Virus record (IMG/VR): IMGVR_UViG_3300027969_003844
Coordinates: 41,200 to 105,199 of that record
Length of the DNA: 64,000 nt
Direction: 5' to 3' (one strand)
Source: a virus
Position numbers and translations under genes: made by a program
In this document: piece after piece, positions 27,120 to 37,123 of the stretch
Layout of the letters: every line of letters starts with the position of its first letter
Numbering within the stretch: position 1 is the stretch's first letter
Notes under the pieces: model-generated
Databases searched by the model: none
Told to the model about the DNA's origin: nothing
Seen by the model: the letters and a program-made list of their open reading frames with translations, nothing else

Positions 27120-28362
27120 TTAAGTATCCAAAAATAGCAATCTTGCTCATGTCCTTGTTTCTACGTTTTGCAAACTGCTCAAAGAAAGACAGGTAATCTT
27201 TTGCCAGCGGGACTTGATTAGGTGCTTCGCGAACGTCAAGTAATGTCAACAGTCTTTTGTAACGATCTGTTTCGTGACTGTTTAATTGAGGTAATATATC
27301 TAAAAACACTGTTTCATATTTGTTGTGGTAATAGTCAAGCAATTTTTGATCTAAAATCTTGAAGCTTTGGAACTCAGGGTAAGTTAAAAAGTTAAAGTCA
27401 ACTGACACAGGTGTACGCATGGTTTGTCGCAAATTGATTATATCTTCTAAGAAGTTATCAAAGTTTTGTAAACACATTGCACTGATTGTGGTCATTACAA
27501 ATATATGGTCAAGCCCGGCGTCGTCTAAGAATTTAATATTGTCAAGCCACTCTCGATAGTTCATTCCATCTCGCAGTATTTCTGCAACATGGTCAGCACT
27601 TTCGTTACTGGTGTATATAGAAACCTGTTTAATACCTTTGATTTTTTCTTTGAATCTTTCTAATACCAATGGCTTCTGACAGAGATTAGAATTAATTGCA
27701 ATTTTAACATTGGGATTCTTAGTACGAACCTTGTCTAACAAATCAAATGTTTGTTCGTGTAATAACGGCTCTCCACCAGTGATACGAATAATATCAATGT
27801 CGTCAACTACAGTATCAAACCAGGCCCAGAACAAGTCAAAGTCAACTGGAGTATCTTGGTATTGCTCTATTGGTCGTTGGTAATGTTTACGAGCATCTGT
27901 TGTAATGTTTTGATATACTCCGTTGTTTTTGATATCATTTGCCCATTGTGAACTAAAGTCTGCATTACAGTAAGAACAACCTAAATTGCAAGTCTTCTGA
28001 AACGCTAGCTCTAGTACCTTAGGTTTAAAGTTAAAATTAGGATCTAAATACTCAGCTGGAGTTAGATGATCAGGATAGCTAACTGATTTGAATTCTCTGT
28101 CGCTAGTTAATCCTTGTGCTTCCAGCTTCCAGCAATAGCTACAAGGGTCTGGCTTTTCACCAGCAAGCATTGATTTTTGCTGAGTACGCTTCTCGTATGT
28201 ATTATAAAAAGTCTCAACAGTTGATCCAGTGCTGTGAAAAGGATTATGATGGCAACTGGCAATTTTACCACTATACAACCAAATTGTTGCTTCGTGAAAC
28301 TTTGCCATGCAAAAGGTATTGCTGGTATTGGCCCATAAGTTTTCTAGTTGTATTTTTTGCAT
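27106..28362 (-). CDS. Radical SAM protein with N-terminal twitch-like domain (subfamily B)
   Basis: CMAKF..SCHH..CSYCW; CNLGCSYC; ITGGEP; NSN. Confidence 0.92.
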   Translation of the reverse strand: MQKIQLENLWANTSNTFCMAKFHEATIWLYSGKIASCHHNPFHSTGSTVETFYNTYEKRTQQKSMLAGEKPDPCSYCWKLEAQGLTSDREFKSVSYPDHLTPAEYLDPNFNFKPKVLELAFQKTCNLGCSYCNADFSSQWANDIKNNGVYQNITTDARKHYQRPIEQYQDTPVDFDLFWAWFDTVVDDIDIIRITGGEPLLHEQTFDLLDKVRTKNPNVKIAINSNLCQKPLVLERFKEKIKGIKQVSIYTSNESADHVAEILRDGMNYREWLDNIKFLDDAGLDHIFVMTTISAMCLQNFDNFLEDIINLRQTMRTPVSVDFNFLTYPEFQSFKILDQKLLDYYHNKYETVFLDILPQLNSHETDRYKRLLTLLDVREAPNQVPLAKDYLSFFEQFAKRRNKDMSKIAIFGYLNDNI

Positions 28363-29708
28363 TATTGGCCTGTAATGAATGGTTTCATGTCTATATATTC
28401 AGGAAAGACCTCAAAGAAATCTTCTTTTCTATTTTTGTCAAGCCACAACTCGCGATTCCATCCACCTCGTATCCAATCGTCTGTTCTAGCAGGGACTTTT
28501 AATAGATCTATTGCACTTCGATACCCACTTGCGGCACCGTCAAGAGATCTATTCCATTGTATATCAGACTCAGCATCTGACGTGACACGTTTAAAAGTTT
28601 CTAACCAGGCAATTTGCTCGTTGTACAGTGCAGTCAGATTGGCCTTGTGATTGTCGGGTAAGTTAGAAATACACCAGTGTTCTGGACCAAATAATAAGTT
28701 AATAATAATATCACCAGGTTGAATATAACTAAGATTGACCCATTCCTTATGGAACTCTGCAATGTTATATGCTGTCATCATGCTTAAAGTTGCACCAATG
28801 ACAAATTTAACATGTGGCACTTCGGCTATCATTCGTTTTCTATTTTCAATGACCTGTTGCCATGACAAATTTTTACGTGCATATTCGCCTCGACCATAGC
28901 TGCCATCTAGGCTAGCAGAAACTGTTACTCTGCTAAACTTTTTCCAGTATTCAATTACATCAAACTTGGCATGAGTTAACTTGCTGAAATTTGTATTATA
29001 AAAAATATCAATATCTGTGTTTCCTAGGTCCAAGAAGTAATCTAAGATCTCATAATGCTGTGGCATGATTAGAGGCTCGCCGCCTGCAAAATAAATTCGA
29101 TGACAACTTCTCAAATTCTGTTTTAAACTTTCAACAGGCACGCCGGCCTTTCTAAATCTAGTTAAATTGTCATTGACTATAATTCCAGCATCAAGCATTG
29201 CTTGTTCTTCAGGAAACCAAGTCGAGCTATATTCTGGACCACAAGATCTGCATCTTAAATTGCAGGTGTTATCAAATCTTACATCTAGATAATTTATCTC
29301 AGGTTCGGCAACTGTATAATCTTCATTGACAGAGTTGCGAATATTATCATCAACTTTCCAAGTATTCATCCATCCCATCATTGCTTGACGCATACTATGA
29401 GTATTAACTGCTTCGCCTTTCCAGCAGTAGTTACATTGCGAATTTTTTACACCGTTCAATAAGTCTTTGCGTAGTTCTTTAAAAGACTCGCTGTTGTATG
29501 CATTGACAATGCTTTCGTTTGTTGTACCTTCAATCCTGGACAATGATCTTCTAGTGGCTGATTTATGCACACAACATGCCGCTAAACTACCATCTGTGTG
29601 AATGTAGTAAGAGTTAAATGGTGCTGGACAAAATGCACCATTGTTCTTGATCTTGTCCCATTCTGCATCTGTAAATTTTAATTTTTTAGTCATTGTCGTT
29701 GGTCTCAT
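28362..29708 (-). CDS. Radical SAM protein with N-terminal twitch domain (subfamily A)
   Basis: FCPAPF..CC..CNYC; CNLRCRSC; FAGGEP; YNTN; SLDG. Confidence 0.92.
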   Translation of the reverse strand: MRPTTMTKKLKFTDAEWDKIKNNGAFCPAPFNSYYIHTDGSLAACCVHKSATRRSLSRIEGTTNESIVNAYNSESFKELRKDLLNGVKNSQCNYCWKGEAVNTHSMRQAMMGWMNTWKVDDNIRNSVNEDYTVAEPEINYLDVRFDNTCNLRCRSCGPEYSSTWFPEEQAMLDAGIIVNDNLTRFRKAGVPVESLKQNLRSCHRIYFAGGEPLIMPQHYEILDYFLDLGNTDIDIFYNTNFSKLTHAKFDVIEYWKKFSRVTVSASLDGSYGRGEYARKNLSWQQVIENRKRMIAEVPHVKFVIGATLSMMTAYNIAEFHKEWVNLSYIQPGDIIINLLFGPEHWCISNLPDNHKANLTALYNEQIAWLETFKRVTSDAESDIQWNRSLDGAASGYRSAIDLLKVPARTDDWIRGGWNRELWLDKNRKEDFFEVFPEYIDMKPFITGQ

Positions 29709-30915
29709 AACGTGGCAACAGTCCTCTGATATAGTCTAATATCTCTGGTGCAACAAAGTGTCTAGTTTTTTGTTCTCGTGACAAGTCAACCAAATAAAAT
29801 TTATTATAAATTGTTATTAGTTCGTTGTTGCTTGGCAAACGGCTGTTCATATGATTAATCAGTCCCTTGATCACTTCCTTGTCAAGAGCACTTTTATTCC
29901 ACTTGTCTTCAATGAGGTCTTTGGCACCGTCGGGCAATGCCCATAGAGCCATGTGTGCCGGGCTATGAATCAAATTGTACCAAATTGCAAAGGTAGGAGT
30001 ATTGGTTTGTATCCATTCAACAAATTTAGGCAAGTCCCAGGCATTGATCCAACCAATGGTGTGACTAATAGAAATATTTGTGTTGTCTAACTCTCCATTG
30101 GCCTTCATTGCATTGTACTTGATTAGGTTTTCTTGTACTTCATCCCATTTACCAGGATAACGAAGATAATCATAGGTTCGACCAAGACCGTCAATGCTTA
30201 GGCCTAATCCAACTGATTTAAAATTGTCGTTTAGGAATTTAACACGCTCTCCAGAAAAGATTGTGGCATTTGAACTTAATGAAATATTAATTTCCTTACT
30301 ACGGCCACTGGCCACAAACTCATCCCATATATCATTCCATTGCTGAATATAAAATGGTTCGCCACCTACGATTTCTAAGTTTTGTACATGTTGCATCCAC
30401 TCATGTCTATTTTTCCAAAGTAATCCATTCTTGTCACCGCTTTGACTAAATTTCATTTCGTAACCAGTGTTGCCGTAAATTTTCTTGTGTTCGGCTTGCC
30501 ATAGATTACTGTGACTTGGTGAACAACTACGACACTTTAGATTACAAGCATTGTTGATAATCATTTGATATTCATATGGCAGGCCCGGCTCAGCATCAAA
30601 GTCAACTATTGACTCATAGGTGTTATCTACATTTCTGGTATAAATCTGACGCTTGCTTTTGTGGCCATTGTTTTCGTCAATGATGCATGTTTCGCATGCC
30701 AGTGGCTTTTTGCCATCACGGAAATCCTGGCGTAACTTCTTCATGTAGTTACTGGAAAATATTTCCGTTACTGTATTAGTTTGAACATGCATGAACTCGC
30801 CATTGTCATCCTTAATGTAGTCTTTGTAAAGACAGCAGGGACGAACTTTACCGTCAGGATCGTTACTAAATCCCGTCCAGGGCAGGCTACAAAGCCATTT
30901 TTTAGATTGAGTCAT
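29686..30915 (-). CDS. Radical SAM protein with N-terminal twitch domain (subfamily A)
   Basis: LCSLPW..PCC..CETC; CNLKCRSC; VGGEP; SIDG. Confidence 0.92.
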   Translation of the reverse strand: MTQSKKWLCSLPWTGFSNDPDGKVRPCCLYKDYIKDDNGEFMHVQTNTVTEIFSSNYMKKLRQDFRDGKKPLACETCIIDENNGHKSKRQIYTRNVDNTYESIVDFDAEPGLPYEYQMIINNACNLKCRSCSPSHSNLWQAEHKKIYGNTGYEMKFSQSGDKNGLLWKNRHEWMQHVQNLEIVGGEPFYIQQWNDIWDEFVASGRSKEINISLSSNATIFSGERVKFLNDNFKSVGLGLSIDGLGRTYDYLRYPGKWDEVQENLIKYNAMKANGELDNTNISISHTIGWINAWDLPKFVEWIQTNTPTFAIWYNLIHSPAHMALWALPDGAKDLIEDKWNKSALDKEVIKGLINHMNSRLPSNNELITIYNKFYLVDLSREQKTRHFVAPEILDYIRGLLPRYETNDND

Positions 30916-32257
30916 ACCAGTTTATAAACCTTTGATCCAGTGATTCACGGAAATTCTTATTTCGTCTTTTGTCATATTGTGCCACGTATGATTTTAAATC
31001 TTGCAGGGCATCTTCTTCTCTTACATGCTGTTCCCATTTAACATTTGTTTCTGACATGTTAATAATTAGCCGTTCAACGTGGGCAATTTCTGTGTCGTGA
31101 CATAAGCTTTTGTTTTCATTTAGCCATGCAGTAAATTCATTGACCAATTGCATTCTCAACTCAAGTGGAATAAGTTGAACACGCATAAATGCTGGTGAAT
31201 GAACAAAGTTACAATTAAGCTCAACTCTTAACTGACCGTATTTAATCTTAAGGTCTTTGATCATATTTAGATAATCAATCATTGACCATACGCCAAGATT
31301 ATTAATGCTTGTGGTAAAGTTTAATCTATTAATAACATAGCTTGGACTTTCAAGAACTGTGATTACATTCTTCATCCATACATCGCCGTCAAACCCATCT
31401 CGAATGTATTCAGTTTGTAGCAATGAACTTTCAATACTAGTATGCAACACTGTTCTAAAATTGCTACCTACTGCATCAAGCAAACGCTGTAGCACATCTT
31501 CTTTGCAAACAAGATTGGTGTTAATAGAAAGGTCCTTGTTGAATTCGCCTTCTTTTAATCTATCCAGGAATCGCCAAAAGTTTGGACTCATTGTCGGCTC
31601 TCCGCCAGTGACTCGCAGCCACTTTAAGTCTTTTTCTAGCGTTGGCAACCAGTTGAAAAATGCTTCTACGTATGGATTTTCTCCCTGATCAATCATGTCG
31701 TCATCATTTGATGTTATGTAACGTCGATCAGTGATTAGTCCTTCATATGGTCCGTGATTCTTGATATCATTGGCCCATTTGGTGCTAAAAGCTGGACCAC
31801 AGTATGCACATGCCAAATTGCAAATTCTATCAAACGCAATCTCTAGCATATAAGGATTGGTTGTCAATGGTTGGCCGCCAGTGGCCCATTGATGCAATTG
31901 CTTGCCTGGTACCGCCTGTGTTTTAATATAGCGATCACTAAGGCCGCCATCAGCTTCAATACTCCAGCAATAATTACAGCCACTGGGCTTTTCGCCGTCG
32001 AGCATGGCCTGACGTTCTCTCATTTTTTGCGGAGTGTTTTGTAGACTCGACGGATCGTTAGGATCTAATTCAATTTTATGAAATGGATTGTGATGGCAAC
32101 TGGCTGTTGCACCTTGATACAACCAAATTGTACCTTCAAACCATTTAGCCCCACAAAAACTAGGGCTAATCTTGTCCATATGCTCTTCTTTAAAGATTTT
32201 AAATCGAGCAGTTTCTCCTGTTTGATGATTTGATAAGTCTGCCATATTAAAGTTCAA
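30902..32257 (-). CDS. Radical SAM protein (subfamily B)
   Basis: CGAKW..SCHH..CNYCW; CNLACAYC; TGGEP; NTN. Confidence 0.92.
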   Translation of the reverse strand: MNFNMADLSNHQTGETARFKIFKEEHMDKISPSFCGAKWFEGTIWLYQGATASCHHNPFHKIELDPNDPSSLQNTPQKMRERQAMLDGEKPSGCNYCWSIEADGGLSDRYIKTQAVPGKQLHQWATGGQPLTTNPYMLEIAFDRICNLACAYCGPAFSTKWANDIKNHGPYEGLITDRRYITSNDDDMIDQGENPYVEAFFNWLPTLEKDLKWLRVTGGEPTMSPNFWRFLDRLKEGEFNKDLSINTNLVCKEDVLQRLLDAVGSNFRTVLHTSIESSLLQTEYIRDGFDGDVWMKNVITVLESPSYVINRLNFTTSINNLGVWSMIDYLNMIKDLKIKYGQLRVELNCNFVHSPAFMRVQLIPLELRMQLVNEFTAWLNENKSLCHDTEIAHVERLIINMSETNVKWEQHVREEDALQDLKSYVAQYDKRRNKNFRESLDQRFINWYDSI

Positions 32258-33641
32258 TCCCGTTGTACCAATCTGCTAGTCCCGGAAATGCCTCAGTGAA
32301 ATTCTTACCACGACGTTGATCATATTGCTGATAGAAACTCTTGAAATCCTTTTCAAGTTTTTCTCTTTCATATGCACCAGTGTGTGGAGTTTTAACAACA
32401 TCGAGATAATCAATAACTCGTTGTGTTTGATTAATTTCCATTTGATGTAATTTTATATCATCTCTATCTTTGTTGTTGTCAAGCCATAGTTGTAACCTGT
32501 CCTTGCGTACCTGACGCATTTCATCTGGTAACACTGTTAAACTTTGAAAACTAGGGAATCGTAAAAAGTTTAAAGTAAACACGCCAAAGTCTCTTCCGTA
32601 TTGTTTTTTAAATTCTACAACCCAATCTAAAAATTCAGGAAGACTTTCTAAGCAAAGTAAATTAATTGTACACATGATATGCAATGCTCTGAAACGTCCA
32701 CTGCTGGCAAGCTTATGCATATTCATTTTCCACTGCTCGTAATCAAGTCCATCCCGGATGTACTCAGCTTGTAAGCCAATGGATTCATTGCTGGTATAGA
32801 TTTGCAAATCATCAATGTACTGAGCTCGGTCAATTAGTCTATCAATTAATTCGTCTTTGCCGCCAAGGTTGCTATTAACTGCCAACCGCATATTGGGATT
32901 ACGAGTATTTTTAGGATCTGCAAACCAGTCCAATAAACGCCAGGTATGCGGACTCATCAATGGCTCGCCACCAGTGATACGAAGTTCGTACAGTGTACGA
33001 TGTAAATCACTTTCCCACCATTTAAAGAATGCTTCAATGTAAGGATTGCTTGGGTCATGGTCATATACACCAGCTGACTCATGCAAGTGATCAAAGTGTC
33101 CTCGACCATCTGTGTATAATTTTGTGTAAGGACCAAACTTCTTTAAATCATTTACCCAAGTTGTACTAAATGCTGGATTGCAATAAGAACATGCAAATTG
33201 ACATGTACGATCAAAAGCAATTTCTAATGTACGCAAGTCAACATCATTGTTATAGTCACCCTCCCATGCTTCTTTTAAAAGTTCTTCAGTGTAGATTTCA
33301 CTTTTATAAACTCGATCACTGATGTTGTCACGACCAATGTCTTCAACTTTCCAGCAGTACTCACATCCTGACGGACGCTCGCCATCTTGCATTTGTTTTC
33401 TCTCATTTTTCTTATGAGCTGTATTATGAATAGCCTTAGGATTGAATTTGATCTCTTTAAGATCTGCTTGGTGAGGCAATGGGTGATGACAGCTAGTGGT
33501 TTGGCCGCTGCCTAGCCAGATAGTAGAATTATACCACTTGGCCAGACATAAACTTTTACTATGACTATCTAGTAATTTTTTAACTCCATGGTCTGACGCT
33601 TGAATTTCTCTAATTGATAATGGTTGATTTTGTGTTGTCAT
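32247..33641 (-). CDS. Radical SAM protein (subfamily B)
   Basis: CLAKW..SCHH..CEYCW; CQFACSYC; TGGEP; NSN. Confidence 0.92.
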   Translation of the reverse strand: MTTQNQPLSIREIQASDHGVKKLLDSHSKSLCLAKWYNSTIWLGSGQTTSCHHPLPHQADLKEIKFNPKAIHNTAHKKNERKQMQDGERPSGCEYCWKVEDIGRDNISDRVYKSEIYTEELLKEAWEGDYNNDVDLRTLEIAFDRTCQFACSYCNPAFSTTWVNDLKKFGPYTKLYTDGRGHFDHLHESAGVYDHDPSNPYIEAFFKWWESDLHRTLYELRITGGEPLMSPHTWRLLDWFADPKNTRNPNMRLAVNSNLGGKDELIDRLIDRAQYIDDLQIYTSNESIGLQAEYIRDGLDYEQWKMNMHKLASSGRFRALHIMCTINLLCLESLPEFLDWVVEFKKQYGRDFGVFTLNFLRFPSFQSLTVLPDEMRQVRKDRLQLWLDNNKDRDDIKLHQMEINQTQRVIDYLDVVKTPHTGAYEREKLEKDFKSFYQQYDQRRGKNFTEAFPGLADWYNGIEL

Positions 33642-35233
33642 TATTGTTTTCCTGAAATATATTTAGAACTTTGTTCACTTAAAATGTATAACTCTTCTAA
33701 CTCTGGAAATGTTTTTCTAAAGTCTGTGCCGCGTCGCTGATCGTGTTGCGTTACAAATGCAAAGAAATCTGCTCGCGCTAATTGTAGTTTATCTGTTGAT
33801 AAAGGTTGTATTGCCCAATCGTACAAACGTTGTACTTTGTCAATTTCAAAGTCTTTAAATCCTTTGTATGGATTTTCTGAAGTTTCAATGTTTTCTTTCA
33901 TGAACTTGATTGACTCAAGTAACACATCAAAGTAATGTGACGGCAGTAATTTTAAACTTAGCCAAACAGGATCGTTTAGCATTGGAACATCAAACCATAC
34001 CAATTGGCGAGTAGTATTAAATTCTTGACGCAAACGCAAGATATTTTTTACATATTCCATCCAACCAGGAATACTGAGTGCATTAAAAGTAACAATTAAA
34101 TTCAAGCTATGCTTTTTGCCCACTTGCAAATACGTTGATATGTTTTTATGAAGCATTTCAAAGTCTAAGCCAAACCTGCCGTATTCAGCCTGAGGTCCCC
34201 AAGAGTCTAAACTGCAATATAGCATAAAGTGATCAATTGCATTTTTTGTTTCTAGCTCGTTTAACGAAGTTAAAAATTTATCCCACTGATTGCCAGGTGG
34301 GCAACAATTCGACGTTATGCTAAGATGTAAGTCATCTCCCTTGGGATTTGCCGCAACATAATCAAATACCTTAAAGGTATTTTTATCCATCAGTGGCTCG
34401 CCACCAGTCATACGGAATGTTTGTAATGTTGGATAAATTGTTGGGAACCATTCCCAGAATGCTAGCAGATAAGGATTGTCTGGTCCATTGTTTGGAATCA
34501 TGTTTTCATTTTTCATCCAAACTGTGTCGTTATGCTTGCGGCCATTGCTTAATAGATAAGGACCGTATTTGTCAATTTCTTTATGCCATTCAGTGCTTAG
34601 ATGCGGACTACAATAAGAACATTTGAGATTGCAGGCCTGATTGAAATTTACTTCAACATATTTTGGCGTTGGATCTCCGTTGTACCCATCTTTTACTACT
34701 TCATTGAGTATACCAGGGCGCCAAACATCTTTACTACGATATGCACGATCACTGAGCATTTCACCGCTGTCTTCAATTTCCCAACAAAAATTACACTCGT
34801 CTGGTCTTACACCATTGAGCATTTTCTTGCGCTGTTCTTTTTTAAATTTGGTGTTATGAATAGCACCAGAGTCTGCTTGAATTTCTTCTAATGGAATCTT
34901 GTGTGCTGGAGGATGATAACAACTATGAGTCTTTCCAGTGGGAATGTGAATGCTTACATTGTACCATTTGGCAAGGCACATGCTGGGGCTAATCTCATTG
35001 AGAATCTTGAATACTTTCTTTGTATCTTCAAGGTAAACACTCTTGGCAACACCATTTGTAGTAATAGTGCCATCACCTTTTACTTGTTGCAGGTCACCGC
35101 GAAATTCTGCTTTTTCGTCGTCAGACATATAAGCATACAACTTAGGTTCAACCAACTTTGCAATTCGTTGCTTGGCTAGGTCTTCGTTGCTGTTGCCTAG
35201 TTGTTTTGTTTTTAATTTGTCAAAAATATTCAT
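33641..35233 (-). CDS. Radical SAM protein (subfamily B) with N-terminal extension
   Basis: CLAKW..SCYH..CNFCW; CNLKCSYC; TGGEP; TSN. Confidence 0.92.
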   Translation of the reverse strand: MNIFDKLKTKQLGNSNEDLAKQRIAKLVEPKLYAYMSDDEKAEFRGDLQQVKGDGTITTNGVAKSVYLEDTKKVFKILNEISPSMCLAKWYNVSIHIPTGKTHSCYHPPAHKIPLEEIQADSGAIHNTKFKKEQRKKMLNGVRPDECNFCWEIEDSGEMLSDRAYRSKDVWRPGILNEVVKDGYNGDPTPKYVEVNFNQACNLKCSYCSPHLSTEWHKEIDKYGPYLLSNGRKHNDTVWMKNENMIPNNGPDNPYLLAFWEWFPTIYPTLQTFRMTGGEPLMDKNTFKVFDYVAANPKGDDLHLSITSNCCPPGNQWDKFLTSLNELETKNAIDHFMLYCSLDSWGPQAEYGRFGLDFEMLHKNISTYLQVGKKHSLNLIVTFNALSIPGWMEYVKNILRLRQEFNTTRQLVWFDVPMLNDPVWLSLKLLPSHYFDVLLESIKFMKENIETSENPYKGFKDFEIDKVQRLYDWAIQPLSTDKLQLARADFFAFVTQHDQRRGTDFRKTFPELEELYILSEQSSKYISGKQ

Positions 35234-35265
35234 TCGCGTTGGTTACCGTGCTAAAATTATAAAGG

Positions 35266-35272
35266 TACTTAT
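35266..35272 (-). promoter_or_regulatory. Late-like promoter motif (TCG)ATAAGTA
   Basis: Intergenic, heads the 15408-35233 run of coupled genes. Confidence 0.45.
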
Positions 35273-35291
35273 CGAGTTAAATTTGAAAAGT

Positions 35292-36557
35292 TTACTCAGA
35301 TAAGTTTCTATTATACTCGAGTATGGTTTCCATGTCGCGTACTAATTTTGGAAGATTTTCCCTCCACGAAGTTTTTCTAACAGTGTCTTTTTTATCAAGT
35401 TGCCTCATCTGCATTTCAAGTTGAGGAACTATCACCCATTTATTATGATTAGGATGATTTTTAAGTGGGGCTAAAAATTCCTTAAAGGCTCTTCTTCTCT
35501 CTGCAATAGTAAAATGGTCAAAGAAGGGATTGGTAAAATTTTCACTTAAATCTTCTACTTCACGTATTGCTTCCTCTCGCATTGCAGGGGTTAGCACATC
35601 AGTTGAAAGACCTATTGGATAAATCATTGGACCAAAATTAATACGACATCCATTGTTACTGGTCATTCCATCTATCCAGTTTGAAATCTTTCCTATCATT
35701 CTGTAGTTTCCTAGTCCAACTGTTACTGTAAATTGCAATTGAATATGAGGACCTTTACGTTTTAATAATGTTTGTACATTTGATGCAAATTCCTTTGCAT
35801 CAAGTCCGTAACGAAGTTGTTCTCCCCATTTGTCAAATCCATCAACACTGACTGACAGCACAATTGGACCGTTTATCTTATTCCACATATCTATTAGATC
35901 GTAGTGTTTATAAGTCAAATGACTGAAGTTGGTATTGTAAAATAATTCAATGCGTTGTTGGCTATCAATGAACATTTGTAAAAGTTCATAATGATGTTCT
36001 GCTATGGTTGGTTCACCACCTGCAAAGTAAATTTTTTCAATATCTCTATGAAACTCTTTTATTTCATTTAAAACTTTATCACCATCAACATTAATAATTG
36101 GGCTGTCAAGTTTTGTAACTTTAATGCGTTTATCTTCTACTGCATGAGCAGAGCTGTACTTTTCACCACAACCAATACAAGCAAAATTGCATTTGTTAGT
36201 AAATCTGTAGTCTAAATATAATTGTTTAAATTCTGCATGTCCAGATGGCTCAGGTTCTAGCAAAGATATAAATTTTTTCCAACGATTATTTTGATTTTGT
36301 CGCAGTGAGGTTCTGCCAGATGTTTCGAACCTGGTACATGCCGCGCACTCTTTTGGCAAGGAATCAGCAGTAAGCATCTGCTGTCTAATTTCATTGTATT
36401 TTGGACTATGAAAGATCTCCTTTAAGGTATTGTCTTTCAAATTACCCATTGGGGTAGGCGCAGTAAGGCAACAAAGATTTACACTGCTATCTGGATCAAT
36501 TTCTGTGTGCATCCATGGTAGAACGCAAAATGCTTTTGGTAGATTATTATAATCCAT
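35292..36557 (-). CDS. Radical SAM protein with N-terminal twitch domain (subfamily A)
   Basis: FCVLPW..CC..CAAC; CNFACIGC; FAGGEP; YNTN; SVDG; start MDYNN with AAGGA RBS. Confidence 0.92.
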   Translation of the reverse strand: MDYNNLPKAFCVLPWMHTEIDPDSSVNLCCLTAPTPMGNLKDNTLKEIFHSPKYNEIRQQMLTADSLPKECAACTRFETSGRTSLRQNQNNRWKKFISLLEPEPSGHAEFKQLYLDYRFTNKCNFACIGCGEKYSSAHAVEDKRIKVTKLDSPIINVDGDKVLNEIKEFHRDIEKIYFAGGEPTIAEHHYELLQMFIDSQQRIELFYNTNFSHLTYKHYDLIDMWNKINGPIVLSVSVDGFDKWGEQLRYGLDAKEFASNVQTLLKRKGPHIQLQFTVTVGLGNYRMIGKISNWIDGMTSNNGCRINFGPMIYPIGLSTDVLTPAMREEAIREVEDLSENFTNPFFDHFTIAERRRAFKEFLAPLKNHPNHNKWVIVPQLEMQMRQLDKKDTVRKTSWRENLPKLVRDMETILEYNRNLSE

Positions 36558-36565
36558 GTTTATTC

Positions 36566-36598
36566 CTTTAGTCGAGGTATTTAGCACCTCGACTAAAG
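36566..36598 (-). promoter_or_regulatory. 13-bp perfect hairpin overlapping the RBS, with a TAAATA late-like motif in the loop
   Basis: Minus strand CTTTAGTCGAGGT-GCTAAAT-ACCTCGACTAAAG-GAATAAAC-ATG. Confidence 0.7.
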
Positions 36599-36604
36599 TA
36601 TTGA

Positions 36605-37123
36605 CTAAACAACCAAAGCGTTCTTGTGTTTTTCAATAGCTTCTGTTAATGCAAGTTCAACAAACTCATTGAACGTAATATCCATGTCATGTGCCAATTT
36701 CATGTAAGTCAGTAATTCTGAATCTTCAAAATCTACCTGAAGAACTACTCGATCATCATATTCAACACCACGGGCAATTGCAGTGGCTTTTTCTACAAAA
36801 TCTTCTGCAACATCAATGTCGATAAAATTTATATCATCAAATGCAGTTTCCCAAGTAACACTACGAGTAACATGCTCTTGTTTGTACGCATCTAAAAACT
36901 CGGGATTCACCCATCGGTATACCCGATCATTGACATTGTCCCAAGCTTCCATTTCAAACACTGTTTGATCTACGGGACTAAAAACACAAGTGATATTATT
37001 CTTAGTACCATCGCTGTCCCAAGAATCCAAGGAACGTGCTTCACCAAAGCACGACCATACATACTCTGACCCTTCAGTGATTTTGTAATCAATGATTTTC
37101 ATGTAGTCTTTAATTGTTAACAT
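36605..37123 (-). CDS. Conserved phage hypothetical protein
   Basis: YKITEGSEY.W.CFG, YRWVNP, AHDMDITFNEFV; start MLTIK with AGGAG RBS. Confidence 0.75.
   Translation of the reverse strand: MLTIKDYMKIIDYKITEGSEYVWSCFGEARSLDSWDSDGTKNNITCVFSPVDQTVFEMEAWDNVNDRVYRWVNPEFLDAYKQEHVTRSVTWETAFDDINFIDIDVAEDFVEKATAIARGVEYDDRVVLQVDFEDSELLTYMKLAHDMDITFNEFVELALTEAIEKHKNALVV

Noticed and set aside
27106-35233. SCHH motif as a c-type heme site
   Set aside because: Not CxxCH, and the proteins lack signal peptides
15408-36587. Island as a MoCo, queuosine/7-deazaguanine, PQQ or heme d1 pathway
   Set aside because: No partner genes (moaC, queC/D, folE, dpdA, pqqB-D, nir) in the window, and the paralog number and N-terminal twitch architecture do not fit
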